A DNA stretch of 64,000 bases, from contig JARDVH010000031.1 of NCBI GenBank assembly GCA_030324005.1, forward strand, positions 31,335,271 through 31,399,270, in the 5' to 3' direction. A model generated the notes under the pieces. The model was not told the origin of the DNA and did no database searches. It was given only the letters and a program-made list of their open reading frames with translations. Of this stretch, positions 24,029-36,824 are shown one piece after another. The number at the start of each line of letters is the position of its first letter. Position 1 is the first letter of the stretch. The translations under genes and the position numbers were made by a program. This stretch comes from Negaprion brevirostris (Eukaryota).

Positions 24029-24877
24029 GTGAGTTACATNNNNNNNNNNNNNNNNNNNNNNNNNNNNNNNNNNNNNNNNNNNNNNNNNNNNNNNNNNNNN
24101 NNNNNNNNNNNNNNNNNNNNNNNNNNNNNNNNNNNNNNNTTACATTTAATTATTCATCATGAGGTAACACACAATGACTTTTCTGCTCTTATTCTCTCTT
24201 TAATATCTTTGTTTTCTAACCATTAGCCTCAAAGATCAGTAGGCCAATGCACTTTTGGGTTAAATTGAAAATGGCTTGGGCCTATGATGTCAGTTATGTG
24301 GAAGTACACAACTCCTCCTGTGATTTTTTGCATATTGCAGACAGACTACGATGAATGCGACCCTCCCCACCACCTTCTCCATCCTCCCTTCCCTCCCCAT
24401 CCTCCGCCACAACATCAACCATGTCTAGAACTGTTGGCATAAACTTGTCTCACTTTCTTGATTCAGTAGCCTGATTTTATCACCCCTGGAATGGAAGCAG
24501 GGTCTGGTAAAATAGCAGGCATCTGCATCAGGACAGATTGAGGCTACGGGCCTACTAGCAAGGAGGCTGGCTAAGTTGTGGAAAGACAGCCTGCTCCATG
24601 GAACTGAGCCAGCTGTTGTTTATAATAAATCTCTCTTTTATTCTGCTTTGATTTTATCTTAAATCCTTACATGTGCATTGACGGAACTTCCCATTTGGAA
24701 AATACGGTGCGGGATTTTCAGCTGCCACCTGTAAAGGGGGCAAAATGGTGAGAGTGCCCCCACTTGTGCCAGCCTCAGGGAGCCCAAAAATGTATAATCC
24801 ATTTACAAAATAAACCATTTAACATGGCTTTTACTTTTTTATTATTGTTGAAATTTCTGTAACTTTTTTTTGAACAG

Positions 24878-24931
24878 GGTCCTATTGGTTTAATGGGTGC
24901 ACAAGGCTTCCCGGGTCAGCCTGGTACTAAG
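24878..24931 (+). CDS. col5a2: Collagen exon, 54 bp: GPIGLMGAQGFPGQPGTK
   Basis: gaacag|GGT...AAG|gtaact; 6 triplets. Confidence 0.97.
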
Positions 24932-26417
24932 GTAACTATTAAACCTTGTTATTAACCCTTTTTAAGGGCTGATAGAGATTGTTTAGTCAAATAAAGCTTG
25001 TAGGTCCATGCACTTTCTTCATCCTTCCCTTCTGTTCTCTCACGGACATGTGTCCACTTCAAGAAACTGGTCCTAAAGTAACTTTTTTTTTTCAAATATA
25101 TCTAATATGTGATATGCGTTGGATTACAGAAATATTTAGTGCATACTGTGTTGCAAAGGTATAGATGTGTTCAGCTATGAAAGGTGCACAGTGTTTTACA
25201 TTCTTATTTCCAATCGTTGTTATGCTGAGTCATTCAAAAGACATGTTGGGCTAGAACTTCCGATGGNNNNNNNNNNNNNNNNNNNNNNNNNNNNNNNNNN
25301 NNNNNNNNNNNNNNNNNNNNNNNNNNNNNNNNNNNNNNNNNNNNNNNNNNNNNNNNNNNNNNNNNNNNNNNNNNNNNNNNNNNNNNNNNNNNNNNNNNNN
25401 NNNNNNNNNNNNNNNNNNNNNNNNNNNNNNNNNNNNNNNNNNNNNNNNNNNNNNNNNNNNNNNNNNNNNNNNNNNNNNNNNNNNNNNNNNNNNNNNNNNN
25501 NNNNNNNNNNNNNNNNNNNNNNNNNNNNNNNNNNNNNNNNNNNNNNNNNNNNNNNNNNNNNNNNNNNNNNNNNNNNNNNNNNNNNNNNNNNNNNNNNNNN
25601 NNNNNNNNNNNNNNNNNNNNNNNNNNNNNNNNNNNNNNNNNNNNNNNNNNNNNNNNNNNNNNNNNNNNNNNNNNNNNNNNNNNNNNNNNNNNNNNNNNNN
25701 NNNNNNNNNNNNNNNNNNNNNNNNNNNNNNNNNNNNNNNNNNNNNNNNNNNNNNNNNNNNNNNNNNNNNNNNNNNNNNNNNNNNNNNNNNNNNNNNNNNN
25801 NNNNNNNNNNNNNNNNNNNNNNNNNNNNNNNNNNNNNNNNNNNNNNNNNNNNNNNNNNNNNNNNNNNNNNNNNNNNNNNNNNNNNNNNNNNNNNNNNNNN
25901 NNNNNNNNNNNNNNNNNNNNNNNNNNNNNNNNNNNNNNNNNNNNNNNNNNNNNNNNNNNNATGTAAGGCAGTTAGATTTAAATTGCATTTTTGGATGGTT
26001 CCCAGTGCAGGTTAATTGCCCAGAGGAGGTTTCCACTTCTCATGCAATTGCAGTGCAAAACTTATCTGGGAGTGTCTGGGCTTGGAGCGGGTGGTTTTCC
26101 AATGCATATTTGGGGTAGTCCCACCAGATGACGTCTTGGAGCTCTGAAGTTATAGCCCATGAAATCACATCTACATTACTGACGTTTGAAATTTTGTGCA
26201 AAATGGATGGATAGTAAAGGCTGCTGCAAAATATTTTCCTGAAAGAGAAATAAATGGAATGGAGATCTAATTTGGAAATTATGTGGTAGGATTAGTTACA
26301 GAGGAAGCAATTCTCCTGACTGACTTGTTTTGTTTTCCGTGCCAGACAGTTTGAGTGAATGTTTTCCAGTGATGATCATACAGCTTAATTTCAAAAGCGT
26401 CTTTTTTTTTGATTGGA

Positions 26418-26790
26418 TGTGTCAGCTTGATGCAGTTAGTATCACTCTTGCATCAGTAGAATCAACCAGCTGCGGGTTCAATCCCTACTTCAGAATTTGA
26501 GCTGGAAACCTGGTGTGACATCTGACTATACCACTGAGGGAGTGTAGATGCGTTGTCCTTCAGATGAGATATTACACTGAGGCTCAGCCTCCCCATCTCT
26601 GTGATGTTCAGTAAGACAAAGCAACGCCACGAAAAACAGATTAATTTGGCACGCAGTTAGTGGGATCTTTCTGTGTGAAAATTGGTTGCTACATTTGTCT
26701 CCATGAGCACGAGAAAACGATTTGTACATCCCAAAAGCATTTCCAAGATATGTGAAAGCATGTTAAATAAGTGTGAGACATTTCTTCTAG
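26418..26790 (+). mobile_element. DeuSINE (SacSINE1-like), degraded
   Basis: GGGTTCAATCCC head, ACTGAGGGAGTG, CTTCAGATGAGATATTACACTGAGGC, GTGGGATCTT..TGTGTG..AATTGG. Confidence 0.65.
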
Positions 26791-27926
26791 AGATTCATTA
26801 ATTTATCCTTTGGTACGAACCTCAGTCAACCCTGTGTCTGTTCATTCAGCTGAAAGCAACCCAATAGAAACTTACAGTTAATTTATACTGTGGGGCTTCT
26901 AATATTAAAACAAATTGGATAATTACTTGGAGATGGAATTTTAGCCAGCAGTGTTAGACCACCATGACTTCATAGCAGATGCGGTACAACTGCACTCTGA
27001 AAAGTACATTTTAAAACATTTTTTATTGTGACCACGCTAAGTATTGGTTATCATTTTAGTTAGCAGTTGTCTAATTTGCAATTGGATGCCAGTGAGCTTT
27101 GCCTACCTCGAGAGTGCTGTTGGATACTAAGGCATTGGCAGCACTGCATTATGCTTGAGCAGATATTGGTCCAAATCTGGCACTGAGGAATATCTGTGCC
27201 AATGATGAACATCAATGGCAGGATGTTTTTACCATAATTACCGAAAGCTATTGATTCCCTAGAGGTATAATAATTTTAATAAAATCCTTTAGTTGGAGAT
27301 AGAATCATCATGGATTCACTGAAACACAATCTGATTTTAACCTGCCCCACAGAAGGGAACAATGAAACTCGGTTTTAAAATGTGGGCAAAGCAGGATGTT
27401 GATTAAAAGGTTTGGCCTGATGATGTCAGGACCACTGGACATGGCGACGTGCAGCAAGGAGGCCAACGTAAGTATTTTAAATAAATCTTTTGTGAGGAAC
27501 AGGAGAGTTTTCCCTGGTTACGCAATAAATCACTGGGCCTCCCAAAGTTTCCTCTCCGTCTCTGTGCCAGCACTGCCAATGGAAATACCCCACAGCACTA
27601 ACTTCAGGCTGACAGCTATTCCCATGGGGCCTGGAATTCTCTGGCTTCTGTCCCAGCCTCTACTGTACTGACCATCCTTGACATCTCTCCCATGGGAGAC
27701 GGTGCTGCATTCTTTAACAGAGGTCACAGAGTTCAAAAGTGCCCAGACCTCTGGCTGAATTCACTGAGGGGGCTTTCCTCTTACCTCAAAAAACTCTCCC
27801 CCACTGCTCCAAATATGCTTCAGTTTAAAACTTCAAATACAGATATTGATGTTAATGTCTTTTTGCAGCAGCCAGTTTGTATTAAATCTAAAGAATAGTA
27901 CATGATGATGTTCATTCTTGGTTTGT

Positions 27927-28231
27927 CCATAGAATCTCTACAGTGTAGAAAGAGGCCATTCAACCCATCACCGACACAAACCCACAGAGGCCCTAACCCT
28001 CGTAACCTCACATATTTACCCTGCTAATCTCCGTGACATTAACAGCCAATTTTGCATGACCAATCAACGTAACTCACTTTTGGATTGTGGGAGCAAACTG
28101 GAGTACCCAGAGAAAGTCCATGCAGATACGGAGAAAGTGTGCAAACTCTACACAGGCAGTGACCCAAGGCTGGATTTGAACCTGGGTCCCTGCGAGGCAA
28201 CAGTGCTAATCTCTGTGCCACCGTGCTGCCC
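27927..28231 (-). mobile_element. HE1-type V-SINE
   Basis: Same head, core and tail as the other copies. Confidence 0.85.
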
Positions 28232-28382
28232 TTATTGCAGAAGAGCTGCATTTTATACACTCAGCAAAATATCATATATTCCCCAAATATAGTCATGAGT
28301 TTAGATATTCTGGGAATCTCATCTCACACCAGTGATGAACTGCCTGCATTATATTCCTCATTACCTGATTAAAACAATAAGG

Positions 28383-29100
28383 ATAGAATTTGATATGTCC
28401 GGGTTGGGCACGTGCCCAGCCTGGAAGAGTGTAAAATAGTGCATGATGATGTGTGACGTGCATCCCGATGTTATCCTGCACTCACACTGGCATTTGAGTT
28501 GGTGGGCACAGGCACACAAGATCAACATGCCGACCAATAATTCTGGAGCCAATTGAAGGGGTTATCTGCCCTATTGTCTGAAATATTACATTGCCCACGC
28601 AATTTTTAGGTAGTTGCATGGGCAGATTAGGCAGGCGGACAATCTGTTTTTCAATTTATCTCAATCACGGACAGGATGTGGGGGCTCACACTGAAAGCAC
28701 CTTAAGGTTTGGGGCCCCTCCTCTCCAAACCTGGGAACTTTGGATCTCCACCCACGCTGGCCTACCTCCAACACTGCAATCACCCTCCTCTGACCTCCCA
28801 CCTCCCCCAACTGTAGCACACTGGGGACTTGGGATTGATCCCAGGACTCAGTTTCAGACAAAGTGCTGCAGTACCCCTTCTGGCCACTGCAGCACGGAAG
28901 GGTTGAAGAGGTGATGGTCAATCAGATTGGCTGCCAGCTCTTCAAGGTGTGACCTCCTTCCAAAAGCAGATGGAGAGCCAATCCACTGTCAATCAACACT
29001 CAATTGACCATTAAATGGCAGTGGGACTCTGAGAGAGTTGGCAGGAGTTATGTCAATGGGTCATTACACGCCAACGCCCGCCAACCTAAGAATTCTATCT
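28383..29100. mobile_element. Larger non-autonomous DNA transposon (probably Harbinger-related)
   Basis: Ends ATAGAATTT / GAATTCTAT; GC-richer interior resembles 16030-16500 and 57550-58300. Confidence 0.4.
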
Positions 29101-30292
29101 TAAGAATATTTACCACCAAAGCACATAGCCATTAATGTTGAAATATAACTTTTATTGGCAATGAGCGTTCACCTAGCCCAGCATATTTAGTTTAGTATTC
29201 AGCTTCTACTAAAAGTAGTCAAATTCTAGTGTATCTTTTTTGTATAACAAGTACTTGAACACATCAAAATAATTAGGAGCACAAAATCAAGGATAGAAAA
29301 TGAATGAGGATACGTTTATCAATATCTTAAATTGAATTGATTAACTATTTGCCTGTTTATGGTGTAATTTATGTTTTTGTTCCATCATGCATGCACAAAC
29401 AAAACGGCCACTCAATTTGACAGGCCTCTTTTCTCTGGTAATTATCAATTCCTCTTTTACAAAATGAGCAGAGTGATTTCATTGCTGTTGGGGTGCTTGC
29501 TGGGTGCTGGTTGGCAGCTTTCCTACTTGTGTGCAATGAAAATGGTTTTTTTGAGGAGTTCACATTTCGGCTGCCTAATCCTCAGCAGCCATCCAGCTGC
29601 CTCTTCCTGCCCATATTGAGTGGGCAGCTAAATAACCAAATAGCAAACATACGATAGACTGGGTCTCCTCAACGGTTCAGCTAAATTCCTCCTTTACAAA
29701 CCAATCATGTTGAAGTGGACTATCCTCCTCCAACCTTGATCACGTTTTAAAATTTACTCCAGTAGGGAAGCATAAATTGATACTTGCTACTTGGCTCAAA
29801 TGCACTGCGCTTTCTATGTCAATGGGTCATTTTGCACATTGTGGTACAGATTTTCACTCTCAAAGGCGGATAGTGTGAGTCGGGATATTTCCCAGCTAAC
29901 CTGCTTTCTGGAGAAAGTATCCAATGACAGGTTCTTCTCTCTCGGGGTAGGTAAAGAGTTAGGGCACGGGATGGAGCCTCTGGATGTAGATGGGAGGTGG
30001 CCACAGACACAACTGAGTGCCAAGGTGGCCTGACTCAAAAGCCTGCCTCTATATTCTGGGACTTTGTCCCGACTGATTTGTTAAATATTAGGCTGCATGC
30101 CCTATCTATGCCACTTCATGCAAACCCATGTAACTACCCATCTCCAGTGCCCCTCATACCCTCTACATCAACTATTGCCTTCAACTCTCAATAACTTCTC
30201 ATTTCCTCTATGGCAACTCAACATCCCAACCACCCCATGGATCCTTAAATGTTCCTATGCTAACTTAGTACCAACTTCTACTCATCCAATAC

Positions 30293-30445
30293 ACAGAAAA
30301 CTAGAAAATAGGAGCAGGAGGAGGCCACTCAGCCCTTCGAGCCTTCTCTACCATTTGTTCCGATCATGGCTGATCATCCAACTCAATAGCCTGATCTCGT
30401 CTTCGCCCCCCCACATCCTTTGATCTTTTCACCCTAAGAGCTATT
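30293..30445 (-). mobile_element. CR1 LINE 3' end
   Basis: AGAAAATAGGAGCAGGAGGAGGCCACTCAGCCCTTCGAGCC is the reverse of a CR1 3' terminus; similar to 38941 and 47278. Confidence 0.8.
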
Positions 30446-32779
30446 CTTCTGCAGAGCCCCATGCCAATTAAATGCCAACTCATCCAGTATCCACCGTGGG
30501 CACACTTCAGTAGCCATGTCAAGATTTAATAAAACAAAGGTCTAAATACCTATTAGTACCTTTGCTGACCAAAAGTACACTCCATTCATGAAAACCTATT
30601 CAAAACATTTAAATTGCTGTCGCAAAAATGGTGTCTGTTTGATCTTGGCCCTAGTTCAAATGGCCTGGTTAAGATCCACCTTCCCTCATATGTGTTACTT
30701 TCCCCATGCCTTTCCTGCCCTGATGCAAATTGGATCTGTTGGAAGTGGAGACTGGACATCCTGTTTGGGGATTTTTCCACCATTTCGGAAGTTCCATGAG
30801 TCTCCATCACTTCGCAAATATCTGGACCTGTAGGTGCAAAGCAAATAATACAAATGGTGAATAAAATAACAGATCTGGCTACCTTTCACACTTTTTTCGT
30901 GTTACCAAAGGGCTGATGTCTTATGCTAAAACTTTAAATAGCACTTGGGTGCCATTAAATGGGATATGGTAAACTATTATCTGTGAACATTGACTAGTAA
31001 TCTGGAGGACATATATTCAAATACTCTTATGGTAATTTGGGGGCTAGCAGCAGAAAGTAACCTGGAAAACCACTGATTGAAATCCAAAGAATTCACTGAA
31101 GTCCTTCAGATAAGAGATCCAGCCACCCTTGTCCTGCTTGGCCCATGTGTAACTCTTGTCTCATATCACATGGCTGACTGTTAATGTCTTCTGGGTCTCT
31201 AGGGATGGCCAACAAATGCCATCAAGTCGATGCAGACTCAATGGGCCGAATGGTCTCCTTCTGCACTGTACAATTCTATGATTTTCTAATAGAATAATGT
31301 GGAGTTGGGAGTAGCACAGTGACACGATTATAAACAGACATGAGTCAAAGCAGCATTTGAGTTTAACAGTGCCATTAAATAGGGGAACTGTCCAATGCAA
31401 TGAGTTGATATTTTCAGTGAATATCTTGCATTACCTAAAAGAACTGCTCTTCTTGTGTGGCAATATTTGGATACATGCAATGCTTTCTCCTTTTACCATC
31501 ATGCAGAATAGAAAAGTTTGGGTGAAGGAATCATTTATTTTCCTTTCTAAAGTCTGGTCAAGTGTTCATTGCTATTTGGACTAATTGGAGAATCAGACTG
31601 AAGAATTAATCATAGTGCGTGGAGTGTAGGAAAACATTAGCTGTTTTGGCAGGGCTGACGGCGATGATTCCTCAGTGATTTGACAAACAAGAAAACTAGC
31701 AGCCATTAAACTTCACATCATTATTGGGGCTTTTCCATGGGGCGAGCAGCTGTCAAGGCAATGCTGCCTTCGGTCTCTTCAATACTGCAGATTTGGGTGC
31801 AGATGTTTACTCTGTGAAATCATTGACACACTGGAAACATAAGCAAATTTGGCTTATTTAGTGGGAAAGCTGAGCAGCATGCTTAACTGCTCAAGAAACA
31901 GTTTCCAGCTGTGAACATGATACCTCACCATGACACTTTTAATAAATGTTTCTTCATCTCCCAAAGCACCATTCCAGAAACGTTCTGGTAGCGCAAGTGA
32001 AAAAAAGTCTTTGTTCTTCTCTCTCTTACCTAGTTTTCCTGCAGTGCTTAATACCCAGCAGAATGTTTGTTTGGTTGTTTCCTGTAACAAAGCCCCTCAT
32101 GATTATTGGCTTGACCTAAACAAAGCCCCTCATTATATGAAGGAGCCTTTGGCTTGACTCACTATTCATTACAAAAACTTTCTCAGTGTAACAGGGGAAT
32201 GCTGCTAGTCCACTTAACTCCAACTGCAGGTAAATAGCCAACTGGATGTTACACCACTGTTCATTGACCAAAGCTCTTACCTCTTTTTATTATAACTTTA
32301 TGGGTCTTGAAACCATAACCATCCCATTCTTAGGCAAGAACCTTACTCAAAGCCCTATTCGATCTGCAATATATATATATAATATATATTGCTTCATAAT
32401 AAAGATAGGTAAAACATTAGATGTAGCTGACTTCAGTTAATACCTGGCCACTTACTTTGAGATGACTCAGTCAACTGGTCCTGTGAACAGTAAGAGTTTT
32501 GTGATATTATTTACAGCAATGATTGAAGGAGTAAATACAGACTTGCAGGTGATTGAGCAATAAATGTAGTGAAACCTACTAATTGATGATCAGAGTGACT
32601 GGTCTTTGGTGCTGATCTCCAAGATGAAAATTGAAATATTCTAAATTTAATGCATTAGGGAAAGTGTTCAGGATTCTCATTGGTGCAGAATGTACACTGT
32701 ACTATACCACTGAGCAAAGTAGATGAGGAAAGTTACCTGTTTGGTCCTTATCCCCACTGAATTAACTGATTATCGAGAA

Positions 32780-33155
32780 GGCAATGGCTTAGTGGTATTT
32801 CACCAGACTATTAATCCAGAAACTCAGCTAATATTCTGGGGACCCAAGTTCAAACCCTGCTGTGGCAGATGGTGGAATTTGAATTCAATAAACAATATCT
32901 GGAATTAAGAATTTACCGATGATCATGAAACCATTGTTGATTGTCGTAAAAAGGACTAATGTCCTTTAGGGAAGGAAATCTGCCATCCTTATCTGGTCTG
33001 GCCTACGTATGACTCCAGAGTCACAGCAATGTGGTTGACTCTCAACTGCCTTCTGAAATGGCCAAGCGAGCCATTCAGTTCAAGGGCAACTAGGGATGGG
33101 CAATAAATATTGGCCCAGCCAGTGACGCCCATGTCCCATGAATGAGTAAAAAAAA
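32780..33155 (+). mobile_element. Second tRNA-SINE family (SlmI/MetaSINE-like core, name tentative), full length
   Basis: GGCAATGGCTTAGTGGT head, AGTTCAAACCC B box, core CTAATGTCCTTTAGGGAAGGAAATCTGCCATCCTTA and an A-rich end. Confidence 0.8.
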
Positions 33156-33989
33156 GCAACGTGTTCCTTTCTTTTGGTTCAATGATCAAGAAGCCCCCCG
33201 ACTTTGTGGAATATTAGGTCCAATGGAAGGAATGGAGTATCTTTATTGGCCAAAGTCGAGCCTCCATGATTGGTCTGGTCAGCAAAAGGGAGCAATGTTC
33301 AACTAACTCTTTATCGTTACCTGATCATCCCAACCGGAGTGTGTATCTGTGGGAATATCGGGAATAGGTATGCACATTTGTCAGTGTGTCTTGTCTAAGT
33401 CAAGGGATGAAGTGCAGTCACTGAGAATCAGGTCTTAGTGCGGGTAAGCGTCTGCAGCTGAGAGTGTGAACAGGAAAAAATAAGGAACTTTTAGCTGAGA
33501 AATGAAGGGAATGTTATTCTTTAATGAAACCTTACTCCTCGCCTTGAGGAAAAACCATAACAAAAAAAAATTCCAACTGTTAATGTTAAAACAAAGCTGA
33601 CATGTGATCACGGGAGAACGCCAGTGAAAATCTATCTGGGTGTCAGCTGCTAACAGGCAGGAACCCAAAGCAGTTTCGCGGCTTTGTTTAATGATATCGT
33701 GTTCCCACGTTAGCTAAACTGTTAACTCAACAGGGCCAGGAGCAGATGGTGATGTTAATGATATTTGTTAATGTGTCTATAACCCAGTTATTGAGATGGT
33801 TTATTCTGTCGATGAAGGGGGTGTGCCAGCTTTCCTCTCCTCCAACCCCAATGAGTACAAATTGCCGCCCCATGGACCAAGAGTTCAGTGGGTTGGATGT
33901 TAGAGCGATGGTGAGGTACCCCTGAGCTGAGGAGTAAAATAATCAATCTAGGGTTCCCTGAGTCCCTCCTACTCTGGCCTCCCGCTATT

Positions 33990-34240
33990 TTACTCTCTGC
34001 ACCCATTGATGGTTGTGCCTTCTGTTGCCGAGGTCCTAAGCTCTGGAATTTCCTCCCTACTTTGCCATCTCCCTACCTTTCTGCCCTCCTTTTAGATGCT
34101 CCCTTATCTCTTAAAATAAGTGTTTGGTCACCCACCCTGCGGCTCAGGATCAAATTTGGTTTGATAATTCTGCCTGCAAAGGATCTTTGGATGTTTTATT
34201 ATATTAAAGGTTTTATATAAAAGCAGGTTATTGTTGACAT
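33990..34240 (+). mobile_element. L2-clade LINE 3' end
   Basis: Similar to 5130-5400 (CCTAAGCTCTGGAATTTCCTCCCTA ... TATATAAAAGCAGGTTATTGTTG). Confidence 0.65.
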
Positions 34241-34557
34241 CCCCAATAGCCATTGTCCATGTTCCTATAACTATTGTCAGTGTGCTCTATAACCATTGTC
34301 CATGTCCCCAATAACCATTGTCCATGTCCCCAATAACCATTGTCCATGTCCCCTATAACCATTGTCCATGTCCCCTATAACCATTGTCCATGTCCCCTAT
34401 AACCATTGTCCATGCCCCGATAACCATTGTCTCTGTCCCAAATACCCATTGTTTGTGTCTCCAATAACCATTGTTCATGTTCTCTATTACCATTGTCCAA
34501 GTCTCCAATAACCATTGTGCATGTCCCCTATAATCATTGTCCGTGTCCCCAATAACT
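34241..34557. repeat. 22-bp minisatellite, about 14 copies
   Basis: Consensus ATAACCATTGTCCATGTCCCC(T/A), head-to-tail, most uniform in the centre. Confidence 0.95.
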
Positions 34558-34559
34558 AG

Positions 34560-35390
34560 CTCATGGTATGTGACTCAATACCACCTTCCCACGCTATTCC
34601 TGTATCCCTTGATGTCATTAGTATCTAGCAATCTCTCGACCTCTGCTTTGACAGACTCAATGATTGAGTATGATTGAGTCACAGCCCTCTGGGGTAGAGA
34701 ATTCTAACGATTCACCGCCCTCTGAATGAAGAAATTCCTCCTCATCTCAGCCAGTGTTGTGAGACTTTTTACCCCAGTCCAACGCAGGCATCTCCACATC
34801 TAGATCCCTCAACCAGGGGAAACATCCTTCCTACATCTACCCCGTCATACCCTGGACACCTTTCATTCTTCTACACTCGAGAGAATACAGGCCCAATCTC
34901 TTCAATCTCTCCTCAGAGGGCAATCCCACTATCCCAGGGATTAGTCTGGCGAAGCTTTGTTTCACTCCTTCTGTGATGAATATATCCTCTCTTTGGTAAA
35001 GAGACCAAAACTGTACACGATACTCTAAATGTGGTTTCACCAAGGCTCTGTATAACTGCACCAAGACTTCATTACTCCTGTACTCCAATCCTCTTACAAT
35101 AAAGGCCAGCACACCATTTGCTTTCCTACTTTCTTGCTGCATTTGCAGGTTAACTTTCAGTGACTTATGAACAAGGACGCCCAGCTCCCATTGGACATCA
35201 ACACTTCTAATCTCTCACTATTTAAGAAAATATTACGCATTTCTGCCTTTCCCACCAAAGTGGGTAGCTTCACAATATTCCACATTATATCCTGTCTGCC
35301 AGCTTCTTACCCACTCCCTCAGCCTGTCTAAATTCCCTTCAAACATCTTTACATCTTCCTCACAATTCACATTCCCACCAGGTTTTGTTC
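34560..35390 (-). mobile_element. CR1 LINE ORF2 C-terminal fragment
   Basis: ORF 34837..35142: KANGVLAFIVRGLEYRSNEVLVQLYRALVKPHLEYRVQFWS..EERLKRLGLYSLE. Confidence 0.9.
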
Positions 35391-35767
35391 CATACTCAAA
35401 CTAAAAAATATCCACCTGCTCCTTCTGGCCGAGCTTTCCCCAAAGCCAGGAAATCCCTCCTGAGGTCAATGGTCCTTTCCATGGTCCTGTCCCGCCCGCT
35501 ACGATTGCCGGGGCAGGCGGGACAGGAAAATTCCACCATTGTATCTGGTTTCCAAATCCAAATTGTTGCTATTGGTTGTGAATATCTGGGGCCCAAGCGC
35601 TGAACCTTGCCGTACTCGAATAGTTACAAACTGCCAACCTGAGAATGATCCGAGTCAGTCTATTCCCCCTAATCTCATACACTCAGATTGTGGTTACTAA
35701 CTCCCTGTGTAACCAAATTGAAAAACCTCTGAAAATCCAAATACACCACAGCCAGTGTGATAGTGTC

Positions 35768-35910
35768 ATGATGTGGATATGCCGGCGTTGGACTGGGGTA
35801 AACACCCCAGTGTTTACAAAGTCCCTTCGTCAGGGACTAACCTGAAAGCTAGTGAGTTTACTATCAAATAAATCGGTTGGACTTAAACCTGGTGTTGTCA
35901 GGCTTTTTAC
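35768..35910. mobile_element. Minimal Penelope-derived fragment (rearranged pLTR ends)
   Basis: Shares GCCGGCGTTGGACTGGGGTAA and GAAAGCTAGTG..CAAATAAA..GTTGGACTT.AACCTGGTGTTGT with the elements at 41211 and 46942. Confidence 0.75.
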
Positions 35911-36041
35911 AGGGGACAGCAGGACAGGGAGAGGAGGAGGANNNNNNNNNNNNNNNNNNNNNNNNNNNNNNNNNNNNNNNNNNNNNNNNNNNNNNNNNNN
36001 NNNNNNNNNNNNNNNNNNNNNNNNNNNNNNNNNNNNNNNNN

Positions 36042-36282
36042 TGCATTTACCCTGCTACTCCCCCTAATCTACACAACTTGGGACACTAAGGGGCAACTTA
36101 GCATGACCAATCCACCCAACACATGCATCTTTGGTCAATGGGAGGAAACCAGAGCACCCAAAACTCAAGCAGATACTGGGAGAACATGCAAACTGCGCAC
36201 ACACACACACAGTAACCCAAGGCAGGAATTGAACCCAGGTCCTGGTGCTGTGAGGCAACAGTGCTAACCACTATATCACCAT
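36042..36282 (-). mobile_element. HE1-type V-SINE
   Basis: Head and core match; tail runs into a gap. Confidence 0.85.
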
Positions 36283-36824
36283 GTAATCGAGTATTGTAAT
36301 ATTACAATAATATTTAATTTTCAATTAATTAATTTAATTTTCATTCATCCACCACCCCAGTTTTGCTTATCTTTTGTCATGATTTTACCCTATTTCTGGT
36401 CACAGAGTTGCAAAGCGTGAAGCATAGCTGACTCCACACGGTGGAGTTTAAATACATTTATATACATATAACTTATTCAAGTGCCTTCATTTGTTATACT
36501 TCAATGATCTATAATATCTTTTTAAAGTAACGTTTTATAATGGTAAAATATAAATTCCATGGAATCGGTTGCGATGGAGCATTAATATTCAGCCCTGGAA
36601 TGACTTATTACATTAGTTTTGGCAGTCAGGCAATGGAGAAAAAAAGTAACTAAGGGATTCCAGACATGATCACATTGGATGTGACGAGGACCAGCTTGAA
36701 TTAGTTAGCAAGGTCGTTTCTGCCTTTTATGAGAGTCAAGAGTATATACATTCTGACAGTTTGATAGAGAATATTGAGAGGATAGGTGTTAATCTTTTAG
36801 GTGATTATGTTTTAGTATTTCAGC

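Noticed and set aside
1357-25233. Isolated TGCTGAGTCA (Maf/NF-E2/ARE) motifs at 1357-1366 and 25223-25233
   Set aside because: Single short motifs without conservation or chromatin data are not enough to call regulatory sites.
21662-26036. Long ORFs of 260-353 aa in the track
   Set aside because: Their length comes from N runs translated as X; only the RTE-derived parts are meaningful.
34241-34557. CRISPR-like array
   Set aside because: Units are contiguous with no unique spacers, there are no cas genes, and the context is a vertebrate intron; it is a minisatellite.
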